Virus record (IMG/VR): IMGVR_UViG_3300020452_000548 | Coordinates: 1-64,000 of that record | Strand: one strand, 5' to 3' | Source: a virus | DNA: 64,000 nt | Shown: positions 19,001-27,531 of the stretch, in pieces | Position numbering within the stretch: position 1 is the first letter of the stretch | Layout: every line of letters begins with the position of its first letter | The notes under the pieces: generated by a model | What the model was told of the DNA's origin: nothing | Databases searched by the model: none | Seen by the model: the letters and a program-made list of their open reading frames with translations, nothing else | Made by a program: the position numbers and the translations under genes

Positions 19001-21594
19001 TTGAGAGCTATGGATATACGACTAACACAGGAGATATTACATCAGTAGTAGCCGGAACAAATCTTTCGGGTGGAGCTACAAGTGGTGCAGCTACTCTCAA
19101 TGTAAGTGCAGATCCGTCATTCAGCACCGTTACAGTAGAAACAGAAATTATTCACGATGGGGATACAAATACAAAAATTGGATTTACTCCTGATGTGATA
19201 ACACTTGGTACAGGTGGCTCAACCAAACTCACAGCAAACAATTCGGGTATTAAGATAGGAAGCGGTGCTACTGTTACTACAATCGCCACCAGTTTTACAG
19301 ATAACGACACATCTTTGATGACTTCTGCCGCTATTGCAGATAAAATAGAATCATACGGATATGGAACAGGCGGGGGCGACATTACAGCAGTAGTAGCTGG
19401 AACAGGTCTGAGTGGCGGTGCAACAAGTGGTTCTGCAACTCTCAATGTAAGTGGTCTTACTGTTTCAGAATTAGCAGCAGGTAGTATTCAGTTAAGTTCC
19501 GAGTCATTTTCTGATGACGACACTTCTTTGATGACTTCTGCTGCTATTGCCGATAAGATTGAGGCTTATGGATATACTACCAACACAGGCGACATAACTG
19601 GGGTTACTGCGGGTACAGGTCTATCTGGTGGCGGTTCAAGTGGCGGTGTCACGCTCAATATTGATTTGAAAGATGAAGATGATATGACTTCAAACTCAGC
19701 GACTCACGCTGCATCCCAACAGTCAATCAAGACCTATGTTGATACTTCTGTATCTAACTTGGTCGCTTCTGCCCCTGCTGCGTTAGACACGCTAAACGAA
19801 TTGGCGGCAGCGATTAACGATGATGCTTCCTTCTCATCCACTATTACTACAAGCATCGGCACTAAGCTCGCTAAATCGAGCAACTTATCTGACTTAGCTA
19901 ATGCCGGAACAGCAAGAACCAACTTAGGGTTAGGAACGGGTGCGGTCTTAGATACCGCTACAATTGCTGATGGTGGAAGTGGTTTAGCCACCGCCGATCA
20001 GATACATACTTTCGTCACGGACTTTGGCTATACGACCAATACAGGCGACATTACAGCAGTAGTAGCTGGAACGGGATTGAGTGGCGGAGCTACCAGTGGA
20101 TCTGCTACGCTTAATGTGAGTGGATTGACTGTATCTGAGTTTGCAGCCAACTCAATTCAATTATCATCAGAATCCTTCGCCAATAACGATACATCAATAA
20201 TGACCTCAGCTGCTATTGAAGATAAGATTCTATCATACAGCTACACTACCAATACAGGTGACATTACAGGCGTAACTGCCGGAACGGGGTTATCGGGTGG
20301 AGGGTCAAGCGGTGGCGTAACTCTCAATGTAAGCGGTTTGACTGTATCTGAGTTTGCCGCTAATAGCATACAGCTCAGTAGCGAGTCCTTTTCTAACAAT
20401 GATACATCAATAATGACTTCTGCCGCTATTGAAGATAAGATTTTAGCATACGGATATACAACAAATACGGGCGATATAACTGGTGTTGATTTAACAGTAA
20501 CTTCTCCTATTACAATATCAAGTGAAACAAATACTGGTTCGGGTAGTTATTCAGCTACATTAGGGTTAGATGATCCTGCAAACCTATCGGAATTAAATGA
20601 ATCAACTGATGCTACCGATGATAAAATCCTGTTATGGGATGAATCGGCTGATGCTTGGAAGTATATGACACTTGATAATTTACAAGATGCAATTGATACT
20701 AATACGACATATTCTACAATGGGTAGCGGTAACTCATACGCTGCGGGTCTAACACCTGCGGGTAATGCTACTCATGGTGGGTATTTCCTTCGAAGAGATG
20801 GAACATGGGTAGTTCCGCCCGATACCGACACTAACACGACATATAGTGCGATGGGTAGCGGTAACTCATACGCAGCAGGGCTTGTTATTGCAGGTAGCTC
20901 TACTCACAATGATACATTCTTGAGGAAGGATGGAACATGGGCAACGCCTACCGATACTAATACTAACACTAACCAATTAACTACATTCAATATTGGTGTA
21001 GATACAAATAGTAATTCTACAACAATTGCTCATGGAGAAACATTGACATTTACAGGTGGAACAGGAATAGAAACTGAAACAACTGCTGATGGAACAGTTA
21101 CTATTACATCTACTGTTACAGATACTAACACTACCTACTCAGCTGGAACAGGTTTAGATTTGAGCAGTACTACCTTCAGCGTAGATGTATCTGACTTCAT
21201 GTCTAACGGCTCTAACAATAGAGTCCTAACGGCAACAGGCGCAGACGCTATGAACGCAGAAGCAAATATGACCTTTGATGGTTCAGCTTTGACTGTTGCC
21301 GGAACAATTCAAGGCTACAAGACCGTTATCAAGGCAGTTAGCTCTAACACATCATTAGTAGATGCTGATTCGGGCAAGACCATTTATTGGACTGGTGGGA
21401 CACTTACATTACCCGCTAATGCCGAAGCAGGTCAGCAGTTCGTTATCATCAACAATACAAATGGTGCAGCAACACCAAGCTTAGGTTCAGGCAACGCAAT
21501 CGCAACAAACTGGACAGCTCACGCTGCTATGGCCGATGAAACCGCAAGAACCTACATTAGCCCTGTAGCTGATAAGTGGATATACATCGGGTGA
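13027..21594 (+). CDS. 2855-aa fibre protein: N-terminal tail-terminator/completion-like domain fused to a long mosaic repeat fibre
   Basis: The first ~140 aa (LTIDIRT..RLSEIRNEVRRIL..FRYTMQFEVV) resemble tail completion proteins. The rest has repeats GDITGVTAGTGLSGG, ALDTLNELAAA, KSSNLSDL..ARTNLG and FLRRDGTW, which occur in phage fibres. Confidence 0.75.
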   Translation: MTDAIAILVNILDANWSKAPKPSIQDIANIDKGDGKRVRLQDKDVIRIFETAHNESQPELLYDFVNEHINLTIDIRTVKSRKRLSEIRNEVRRILHGFRKGDNKNIDRVIFKTRTDLSDRAKKLFRYTMQFEVVTFSLSAGSDVSFINPSTNDIVGADVWQSYDPQLTEFANLTPTNNHAVVAIDGVWTTQELGDITSVTAGTGLTGGGSSGAVTLNVSGITVSEIAANSLQISSESFADNDTSLMTSAAIQDKILSYGYTTQVGDITGVTAGTGLSGGGSSGSVTLNLDLKDEDDMSSDSATHASSQQSIKAYVDTKVTDLVASAPGALDTLNELAAAINDDSSFHTTITNLVGTKLAKSSNLSDLTNAGTARTNLGVDAAGTDNSTNVTLITSSHDYLSISSQAITLGQIDVSDDTNLAVSSPITLTGDTVGLADPVTLSQLDEASDATDDKILLWDESASAWKYMTLDNLQDSIDTSSANTDTTYTLAASDSSSDALIDLIAGGSGSGTVSVKLVAGSNITITPDTSTTPDQITIASAHPNISAASSVDNSGRTYIQDITLDSDGHVTGIASATESVTDTDTTYSISAVDSGDDAIIRLTAGGSGTGNDDITLEAGTNITITPSGDTITIATNAADIEGVVAGTGLTGGGTSGTVTLNVSGLTVSELAANSIQLSSESFADNDTSLMTSAAIQDKILSYGYSTDSNSFRTVTAGGNTLGASETLAFTAGTGITIAESGGAVTITNSVSDTNTFRPITAGGNTLGSSETLAFTAGSNITISESSGAVTIASTDTNTQLTLHDEDDFSSNSATAAASQQSIKAYVDSQVSGIVDTAPAALNTLNELAAALNDDASFSTTITTSIGTKLAKSSNLSDLANAGTARTNLGLGAAAVKGVATDGSGGVADGEGDLVTGNAVFDYIAAQNFATSGSSNFVVGDITGQAAITSGLASTDEFVISDAGVLKKMDTSVLQTYMQNNLTFTTNTNTTYTAGTGLLLNGTVFSLNDPASVSQLTDDGAGSTTIVDDADQIYIWDNSEGDWNYIRIDDLQDKIDTNTVRTVTAGGNTLGASETLAFTAGSNVTITESAGAVTIASTDTNTTYSVGDGGLTQNNFTNTLKTKLDGIATSANNYAISSDLLDEDDMASNSATKVASQQSIKTYIDNKTASIVDSAPDALDTLNELAAALNDDASFSTTVTTSIGTKLAKSSNLSDLVNAGTARTNLGLGTAAVKAVATDGSSGVADGEAGLVTGNAVYDYIDAQGFGSGAGDITAVVAGTGLSGGATSGSATLNVSGLTVSEFAANSIQLSSESFADNDTSVMTSAAIADKIESYGYSTTTGDITGVTAGTGLSGGGSSGSVTLNVSGITVSELAGASLTTSSESFADNDTTLMTSAAINDRIESFGYTTNAGDITGVTAGTGLSGGGSSGSVTLNVDLKDEDDMASDSATHAASQQSIKAYVDAEVSGLVASAPGALDTLNELAAAINDDASFSSTITTSIGTKLAKSSNLSDLANAGTARTNLGLGTGAVLDTAAIADGGSGLATADQIHTFVTDFGYTTNTGDITAVVAGTGLSGGATSGSATLNVSGLTVSEFAANSIQLSSESFADNDTSVMTSAAIQDKIEAYGYTTNTGDITAVVAGTGLSGGATSGSATLNVSGLTVSELAANSLQLSSESFSDDDTSLMTSAAIQDKIEAYGYTTNTGDITGVDLTVTSPITISSETNTTSGSYSATLGLDDPANLSELNESTDATDDKILLWDESAGSWKYMTLDNLQDSIDTTASGGIGGSIANTQVAFGSGTNITGSSTFFYTDATNTLNIANGAAAGTLTSGSHNLILRNSAATGHSKITIAYDSVAAANSHIELETDGTGNVEIHKEGAVVFKLPNTIGSSGQILKVPSSGTILEWGDSGTTYSAGTNISLSGTTFNVDDAFLVNNANDTTSGVITAGGFTTAGSVTIGGHAFDDIDIGSEFVDTDDHIMSSGAIKEKIESYGYTTNTGDITSVVAGTNLSGGATSGAATLNVSADPSFSTVTVETEIIHDGDTNTKIGFTPDVITLGTGGSTKLTANNSGIKIGSGATVTTIATSFTDNDTSLMTSAAIADKIESYGYGTGGGDITAVVAGTGLSGGATSGSATLNVSGLTVSELAAGSIQLSSESFSDDDTSLMTSAAIADKIEAYGYTTNTGDITGVTAGTGLSGGGSSGGVTLNIDLKDEDDMTSNSATHAASQQSIKTYVDTSVSNLVASAPAALDTLNELAAAINDDASFSSTITTSIGTKLAKSSNLSDLANAGTARTNLGLGTGAVLDTATIADGGSGLATADQIHTFVTDFGYTTNTGDITAVVAGTGLSGGATSGSATLNVSGLTVSEFAANSIQLSSESFANNDTSIMTSAAIEDKILSYSYTTNTGDITGVTAGTGLSGGGSSGGVTLNVSGLTVSEFAANSIQLSSESFSNNDTSIMTSAAIEDKILAYGYTTNTGDITGVDLTVTSPITISSETNTGSGSYSATLGLDDPANLSELNESTDATDDKILLWDESADAWKYMTLDNLQDAIDTNTTYSTMGSGNSYAAGLTPAGNATHGGYFLRRDGTWVVPPDTDTNTTYSAMGSGNSYAAGLVIAGSSTHNDTFLRKDGTWATPTDTNTNTNQLTTFNIGVDTNSNSTTIAHGETLTFTGGTGIETETTADGTVTITSTVTDTNTTYSAGTGLDLSSTTFSVDVSDFMSNGSNNRVLTATGADAMNAEANMTFDGSALTVAGTIQGYKTVIKAVSSNTSLVDADSGKTIYWTGGTLTLPANAEAGQQFVIINNTNGAATPSLGSGNAIATNWTAHAAMADETARTYISPVADKWIYIG
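17260..20698 (+). repeat. About 1.1-kb internal duplication within the fibre gene (17260-18370 vs 19588-20698)
   Basis: The same 2328-nt offset is seen at both anchors checked (KDEDD and KYMT). Proteins are nearly identical and differences are mostly at synonymous sites. Confidence 0.8.
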
Positions 21595-21598
21595 TTCA

Positions 21599-23557
21599 AT
21601 GGCATACATGAAAGGTCTGATTGGCTGTATTCAACAATTTGAATCTGCTAACGAAGCAGACCCCGATATTTGGGCTAAGACATTATCCGGCTTCAATAGT
21701 GGCAATATTGATCAGACTTACGATTTAGACGGCAAAACAACATACGCTCATGGCGTTGGGCTAAAACCAGACGGTTCTATTTTGTTTGCGGGTTCAATGG
21801 CGGGAACATTCAATGATTATGTGATTGAATACCCCCTAAGTACCAACTTTGACCTTTCAACGGCATCCGTATCAAGCACAGCTTCAGACCACTTATCTAT
21901 CGGCACTTACGAACACCTACTCGGTGGTTTTGATTTTGCAGATGATGGTAGTAAGCTCTTCACATTTGGAAGGACTGTTGTTGATAGGTGGGATTTATCC
22001 ACCGCTTATGACCTCTCAACAGGATCTCATGTAACGAACACATTATCAGTTTCAAGTCAAACCACTACTATGTATGATGGCTATGTGAGAAATGATGGCC
22101 TAAAGCTATATGTTGTTGGCTATCAACCAGACAATGTAGATGAATATGACTTATCAACGGCTTATGATTTAGGCACAGCGAGTCATAATCAATCATTTGA
22201 CATATCGGCAAAATCAGTAGTTACATCTGGACTCCATTTTTCAAGTGATGGATATGCCTTTGTAGTGTATGATAATAGTGGTGGCGATTGTCACAAATAC
22301 AATCTTACAACTGCATGGGATATATCAACAGCAGCATTTCATTCGTCATCGGGGGGTTTTGGATTAAGCACGGGTGGCGGTATTTGGTTTGATGACGATT
22401 GGAGTTATCTGTATATCATAGAAGAAACGGATGATGAAGTTAATAGAGTCGTGTTAGCTCAAATACCCGGAGTGCCTACAAGTTTAGCAATAACCACAGC
22501 TTCAACTTCACAGCTAAACCTATCTTGGTCAGATGGTTCGGGTAGTGGAAGCACGGATTCATACACAATTGATCGCTCTCTTTCATCCGGTTCGGGATAT
22601 TCGCAAATTGCGTCAGGTGTTACGGCAACATCATATAACGATACTGGATTAAGTGCAGGGACACGGTACTATTACAGAATCAAAGCTGTAAATACTGAAG
22701 GCACCAGTGCATATTCAAGTATAGAGAACCGTTTTACATTACCTAATCAAGTTTCTGGACTGTCTGCAAGTGCGGTATCAAATACTCAAATCAATTTGTC
22801 ATGGAATAACCCCACAGGCACGGAAGCCGGATACAAAATTGAACGATCCACATCATCCGGTTCGGGATATTCTCAGATTGGGACTACAGCATCCACATCT
22901 TATAATGCAACGGGATTGACATTGAATACCACTTATTACTTTAGAGTTCGAGCATATACCGACCCCGGAGGGGATGGAGCTTATTCTTCTGTAGCTAACG
23001 CAACTACTCAGAATAATGCAAGCGCACCATCAGGGGTAAGCATAGCAACCAGCTCAAGTGGAAATTACAATAATGCGGTCAGTATTGAATTGACTACACT
23101 TGGGGCTTCCGGTCAAAATCCTATGACATCAGCACCCGCATCTGATGGTAGTGGTTTTTCAAGTAATCAAGTGACATTAGATCTGGTTTTTGGTCAAGAT
23201 TACAATCAGGCTCTATTGAATAATAGCGGTATTCTAAGATGGGCTGTGAGAGCTTATATTCGTGCATCAGGGGCTACTAGCTACGCATGGGATTTAAGCG
23301 GTGCTACTGTAAATCAAGACACCTTTAGCGCACTTGCGAGTGTCAGCACATCTGGTACGCCATCAACAGCTCAAGATTGCACGGGTACGGGCGGAATAGG
23401 CGAAACGGCTGTTGCGGAACACAATTCAGGAGGAAGAGGATATTTGTTGTTGAGTCAATCGGGCGATGGGTTTCATTTTGATGTTGATGCTACTGCTACT
23501 AATAGCTCAGGCAGTACCACAGCCACGCAACTTAAAGTGAATATAGAGATTCCGTGA
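21599..23557 (+). CDS. Virion adhesin: beta-propeller plus fibronectin type III domains
   Basis: Repeated YDLSTAYDLST/WDIST propeller blades; two FN3 repeats (LNLSWS..YNDTGLSAGTRYYYRIKAVN). Confidence 0.75.
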   Translation: MAYMKGLIGCIQQFESANEADPDIWAKTLSGFNSGNIDQTYDLDGKTTYAHGVGLKPDGSILFAGSMAGTFNDYVIEYPLSTNFDLSTASVSSTASDHLSIGTYEHLLGGFDFADDGSKLFTFGRTVVDRWDLSTAYDLSTGSHVTNTLSVSSQTTTMYDGYVRNDGLKLYVVGYQPDNVDEYDLSTAYDLGTASHNQSFDISAKSVVTSGLHFSSDGYAFVVYDNSGGDCHKYNLTTAWDISTAAFHSSSGGFGLSTGGGIWFDDDWSYLYIIEETDDEVNRVVLAQIPGVPTSLAITTASTSQLNLSWSDGSGSGSTDSYTIDRSLSSGSGYSQIASGVTATSYNDTGLSAGTRYYYRIKAVNTEGTSAYSSIENRFTLPNQVSGLSASAVSNTQINLSWNNPTGTEAGYKIERSTSSGSGYSQIGTTASTSYNATGLTLNTTYYFRVRAYTDPGGDGAYSSVANATTQNNASAPSGVSIATSSSGNYNNAVSIELTTLGASGQNPMTSAPASDGSGFSSNQVTLDLVFGQDYNQALLNNSGILRWAVRAYIRASGATSYAWDLSGATVNQDTFSALASVSTSGTPSTAQDCTGTGGIGETAVAEHNSGGRGYLLLSQSGDGFHFDVDATATNSSGSTTATQLKVNIEIP

Positions 23558-23561
23558 TAAT

Positions 23562-24173
23562 ATGAGTCGTTGGGAGGTAACAGGAATACCTGAAGGAGAA
23601 TCAGGGCGATTTTCTATACAGATATTAGATTATCAAAGGGTTGATACCGAGCCAAAAGGCCCTTTATCTTGGCAGACTTATTGTAAATATGCAGATTTGC
23701 CCGATGGAACATATACTGTTTTGTTTGAGGCTTATGGCCCTCAAAACGCTAAGCTCAATATAATGCAAGACTCACCGAGAGAATACAAAGAACATAAATG
23801 GGTTACTGAGAGAAGTGGTTCTGTTCTTATTGGCGGTTTAGGGATAGGGATGATTAACATCCCCCTATTAGCTTCAGACGATATTACAAGCGTTACTATT
23901 GTTGAAAAAGAGCAAGATGTGATTGATTTGGTTTGGGAACATTGTTCGAAAGATGACCGATTTACATTGATTCATGCCGATATAGACACATGGGAAGCCC
24001 CAGAAGGAAGCTATTGGGATTTCGCTTGGTTTGATACTTGGCTTACTCACGAAGAACCGATAGAAGAATACATCCAAAGAATGTTTGAGAAGTATGGAGA
24101 TTTCGTAGGCGACATAAACGGTTGGAATTGGCCTTACATTCCTGTCAAGGATGATAGCATTCAAGAACCATAA
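23562..24173 (+). CDS. Class I SAM-dependent methyltransferase-fold protein (spermidine-synthase-like)
   Basis: VLIGGLGIG, VTIVEK, IHAD and WFDTW Rossmann motifs. Confidence 0.65.
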   Translation: MSRWEVTGIPEGESGRFSIQILDYQRVDTEPKGPLSWQTYCKYADLPDGTYTVLFEAYGPQNAKLNIMQDSPREYKEHKWVTERSGSVLIGGLGIGMINIPLLASDDITSVTIVEKEQDVIDLVWEHCSKDDRFTLIHADIDTWEAPEGSYWDFAWFDTWLTHEEPIEEYIQRMFEKYGDFVGDINGWNWPYIPVKDDSIQEP

Positions 24174-24190
24174 GCCATCCCCCTGCACTA

Positions 24191-24466
24191 ATGGCGAAGA
24201 AAGGCAAGTCTGAAAAGGTCGAAGAAACAGTAGAACCGCAAGAGCGTGTTATATCAGGAGAAGAGCTTTTGAATATGCTCAAGCGATCTGAAGTTATTTC
24301 TGCCGATAGATTAGTTTTCGTTAGAGCTTTAGAGAGATTCTATGCAGCCGTTGATGGTGCAAGAACGCAATTATTGAACGATATTAGCGAGATTCAGAAT
24401 GCAATCCGCATTAGAGATGAGGGCGTTATACCGGAAAATCAAGAACCAGACGCTGAAGAAGAATGA
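24191..24466 (+). CDS. Hypothetical helical protein
   Basis: ORF in the tail region. Confidence 0.55.
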   Translation: MAKKGKSEKVEETVEPQERVISGEELLNMLKRSEVISADRLVFVRALERFYAAVDGARTQLLNDISEIQNAIRIRDEGVIPENQEPDAEEE

Positions 24467-24517
24467 TTTTTAGCAACTGCTTAAGAACGATTGTCCTTCG
24501 TAGTCTATTTGATAGCC

Positions 24518-26719
24518 ATGGCGAACACGCTTTACAAAGGTGACTTAGCGGAAGTATCATTCGGCAAGGAAACCGGACTTAGAATTGATGGAAAAACATC
24601 TCAAGCCAATTGGGTTCATACTTCGGTATCTGGAAATACCAGTCTTTTGACATTGGGTGCTGACGAATACTGGACAGCAACAGGCCCTGATTTGAAACTG
24701 CCCGATAACATACTTGTTGGTTGCACAATGAGGATTGAAGGCGGGGGTGCTTATTCCGCAGATGACTTTGCTACCACTAAGAGAACATATTACATTACTG
24801 CAAATGATACTGGAGCAGGTACGATTACCGTTCAACCTGCTTTATTGACTACTGCCGCAACAGCGACTACAGATGACGATAACTTGGTAATTGATTTCTA
24901 TCGGTGTCCTACCTTTGAATCAACTATGACTACAACTAATCAGCAGGTAAAGACGGATCAGTTCATTGGCTTGTTGAATGAGTTCGCAATACCCGAACCA
25001 GAAATTGATGTTAGACAACAGCACATTGTAGGTCTTGGAAGAGATGTAAATATCCTAACAAGCGGGAGAGAAACCCTATCGGGCGGTTCTATGCAACTAA
25101 ATGCACATACTCTAAGGTGGATGAAATACGCATTGGGCGGTCATTCGGCCAAGAGTCAAGGTGAGTTCGCATACAGCTCGGCAGCAGGGACAGCGATAGG
25201 TGGCTTCCCTCTAAATATCAAAACGGGTTCAGTTTCCGCTACTTTTGCAGCTCAAGGATATGGCGTTTCAGACGACACAGACACTTCAATCACCGCAACA
25301 AATAGCTCGGCTCTTACTATGACAGGAAATAGCCTAACGGGTAATTTCCTATTGGGTGGAATGGTTACGGCAGACACAGGCACGGACATTACATTTGATA
25401 CTGCAATCGCAACCACATTCGAAAACGCCCTTACAACGGGTGGAATCTTCAAGGTTCTCTCAGCTACGGGTGCTGTCCTCTATGGATCCTACGGTTCAGC
25501 TTCTGGGGCGGTTTTGAGTAGCTGTGCAGATATAGATTCTGGAGCTTTAGCGAGGGCGCAGACTGAAGATAAAGCGGTTTATCTGTTAGGTAGTGTTACT
25601 GCTAACATATCTGCGGGCGATATTAGAATCAAAGTCGGTTCGGCTAATGCTGCTAAGTTCACAGCTGGAACAAGTTATGTGCAAATCATAGACAAAGACA
25701 AGCACACCATACCGGGGCAAGATGCAGCTGAAACAGATCGTCAGATATTCAAGAATGAGCTTAGAAGAGTTATAGCAATAGGCACATCTAACGGTAATGA
25801 TGCCGATTATATTTATGTGGAAGAACCACTAACATTTGACCACACATCTACATCATGTGGCGTTGAGAGGCTACAATACACCGGAACGAGCAATCAAAGA
25901 GGAAGCCCACACATAGATGCAACATCAAAAGAGCTACAATTCGGTGTGACTCATACTTTGTTCGGACACAATGTATTGCCTTCATTCACGGTTGAGCAAT
26001 CCTTTAGGCAGAAAGACGCAGATGTGGATTCAAAGCAATTGCTTCGTCTGTATAGCGGGTGCAAGGCTACTGAAGCTACCATTGATGCTGATTCTGAGGG
26101 CGAAGTCAAACTAAACCTAAGTTATGAAGCTGCAAGGCACTACACCGCTACAACAAACACGATGAAGCCTCACAGGATGTTTGACAATACTGCTGAATCT
26201 GCGGTAAATAGAAAAATATCTGGTATTGCAGTAGATGGTGAGAAACCATATCTGTTCCAAGATGTGAATGTTGAAGTGTTCGGCAGACCAGTCCTTAGAG
26301 GAACACAGTTCAGCCTATCTGTAACTAATAATTTGGAATCACGATGGTTTATTCGAGGATATGAAGGCACTACCGTTGATAACGATCAGATTCAACACGG
26401 TGCAACACAACTTCCACTTGAGATTACTGAGGGCAAGAGAGAATACAGCTTCTCTATGCAGGTAATGGTTGAGGATGAGAGGCTTTGGGATGAATTGAGA
26501 ACCAGAAAACATCACAAAAACACCAATGACATTACAATCACTATGACTAAGGTTGGAAGTAATGCAACAAGAGAAACTGCGACCATTACTTTAGAGGACT
26601 ATACGATTACTAAATCGGAACACCAAGTTCCGTCTGATAAATCTCCCGTCATGGCTGATGTGGAGATAGTCGTAAGGCACATGAAGGTGTCTGAAAACTC
26701 GCCATACTTCATACTATGA
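24518..26719 (+). CDS. Major tail tube protein with inserted domains
   Basis: N-terminal YKGDLAEVSFGKET; C-terminal FSLSVTNNLE..EGKREYSFSMQV, typical of tube proteins; lies upstream of the chaperones and TMP. Likely start is ATG 24518. Confidence 0.75.
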   Translation: MANTLYKGDLAEVSFGKETGLRIDGKTSQANWVHTSVSGNTSLLTLGADEYWTATGPDLKLPDNILVGCTMRIEGGGAYSADDFATTKRTYYITANDTGAGTITVQPALLTTAATATTDDDNLVIDFYRCPTFESTMTTTNQQVKTDQFIGLLNEFAIPEPEIDVRQQHIVGLGRDVNILTSGRETLSGGSMQLNAHTLRWMKYALGGHSAKSQGEFAYSSAAGTAIGGFPLNIKTGSVSATFAAQGYGVSDDTDTSITATNSSALTMTGNSLTGNFLLGGMVTADTGTDITFDTAIATTFENALTTGGIFKVLSATGAVLYGSYGSASGAVLSSCADIDSGALARAQTEDKAVYLLGSVTANISAGDIRIKVGSANAAKFTAGTSYVQIIDKDKHTIPGQDAAETDRQIFKNELRRVIAIGTSNGNDADYIYVEEPLTFDHTSTSCGVERLQYTGTSNQRGSPHIDATSKELQFGVTHTLFGHNVLPSFTVEQSFRQKDADVDSKQLLRLYSGCKATEATIDADSEGEVKLNLSYEAARHYTATTNTMKPHRMFDNTAESAVNRKISGIAVDGEKPYLFQDVNVEVFGRPVLRGTQFSLSVTNNLESRWFIRGYEGTTVDNDQIQHGATQLPLEITEGKREYSFSMQVMVEDERLWDELRTRKHHKNTNDITITMTKVGSNATRETATITLEDYTITKSEHQVPSDKSPVMADVEIVVRHMKVSENSPYFIL

Positions 26720-26758
26720 TGAAAACTGTTATGAAAGAGAGAAAGATGAGATGATACA

Positions 26759-27148
26759 ATGAGGATACATGGAACAGTAATTGTCGGTGGTTCAAGCCAC
26801 CTTGTTGATTGGACTATTGATGAAACGGGAACAATAACATCTGCGGGTGGTTTAAGCTCAGCAGGGCTATCTTGGACTGGTTCTTTGTTTATCCCTGTTG
26901 AGGTTGAAGCGGAAGCGGTTGTGACTGATAATTACGAAAGTTTGACGGTAGTAGATTTGAGAGTTCTCTTAACAGAAAGGGGAGAGCCAATTTATGGTAA
27001 CAAGAGCGATTTAATTACTCGACTTAGGGCTTGGGAAGCATCCAACCCCGATGGTGTTGGGGTTGTAGTGGAAGAAGCTGTGGAGGATTCGGGGGAGTCT
27101 GATGAAATAGCGGTTGATGGCGAGTCAGAAGGTGATACGATTGAGTAG
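26759..27148 (+). CDS. SAP-domain protein
   Basis: YESLTVVDLRVLLTERGEPIYGNKSDLITRL matches the SAP consensus. Confidence 0.75.
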   Translation: MRIHGTVIVGGSSHLVDWTIDETGTITSAGGLSSAGLSWTGSLFIPVEVEAEAVVTDNYESLTVVDLRVLLTERGEPIYGNKSDLITRLRAWEASNPDGVGVVVEEAVEDSGESDEIAVDGESEGDTIE

Positions 27149-27488
27149 TCGTTTCATAATTAGTAGTGATCCAGATCATCATACAATAGAAACCAAAGAG
27201 GGCAACCTTGAGGTTTGGATTAAACCATTATCTTGGATTGAGCAACAAGAAGCTCTTACTAAGTTCGTTGAGTTCAATATGGAGGGAGATGATATTAGCC
27301 CCCAATTGGATTTTGGCGGTTATTGGAAATATGTTCTAAACAAGTGTGTAGTGAAAACCGAGCCTCAAATCAAAAAGTCGGATCTGAATAAGCTAAAGCC
27401 TGAAGTCGGCTCAAAGCTACAGGCAGTATTGCCTAGCCTTACTCAATTGATGGAGAACATAGGTGGCGAAACATCCCCTTTGGGATAA
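27114..27488 (+). CDS. Tail assembly chaperone (gpG-like)
   Basis: Lies between the tube and the TMP and ends in the slippery heptamer C CCT TTG. Confidence 0.75.
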   Translation: MMASQKVIRLSSRFIISSDPDHHTIETKEGNLEVWIKPLSWIEQQEALTKFVEFNMEGDDISPQLDFGGYWKYVLNKCVVKTEPQIKKSDLNKLKPEVGSKLQAVLPSLTQLMENIGGETSPLG

Positions 27489-27531
27489 CCTTCCCCAACT
27501 TGAAGAAGTATATTGATAGTGAAGGGAAGGT
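27476..27531 (+). other. -1 programmed ribosomal frameshift site (CCCTTTG) with a downstream stem
   Basis: X XXY YYZ heptamer at 27476-27482. The -1 frame reads PFGITFPNLKKY into ORF 27500. ACCTTCCC (27488-27495) pairs with GGGAAGGT (27524-27531). Confidence 0.8.

Noticed and set aside
13600-20700. Repeat array as a CRISPR or DGR template/variable pair
   Set aside because: The repeats are in-frame coding modules differing mainly at synonymous sites, not adenine-specific positions. There is no repeat-spacer structure and no reverse transcriptase in the window.
23562-24173. Spermidine synthase auxiliary metabolic gene
   Set aside because: Only the generic SAM-binding motifs are visible, so the specific function cannot be supported.
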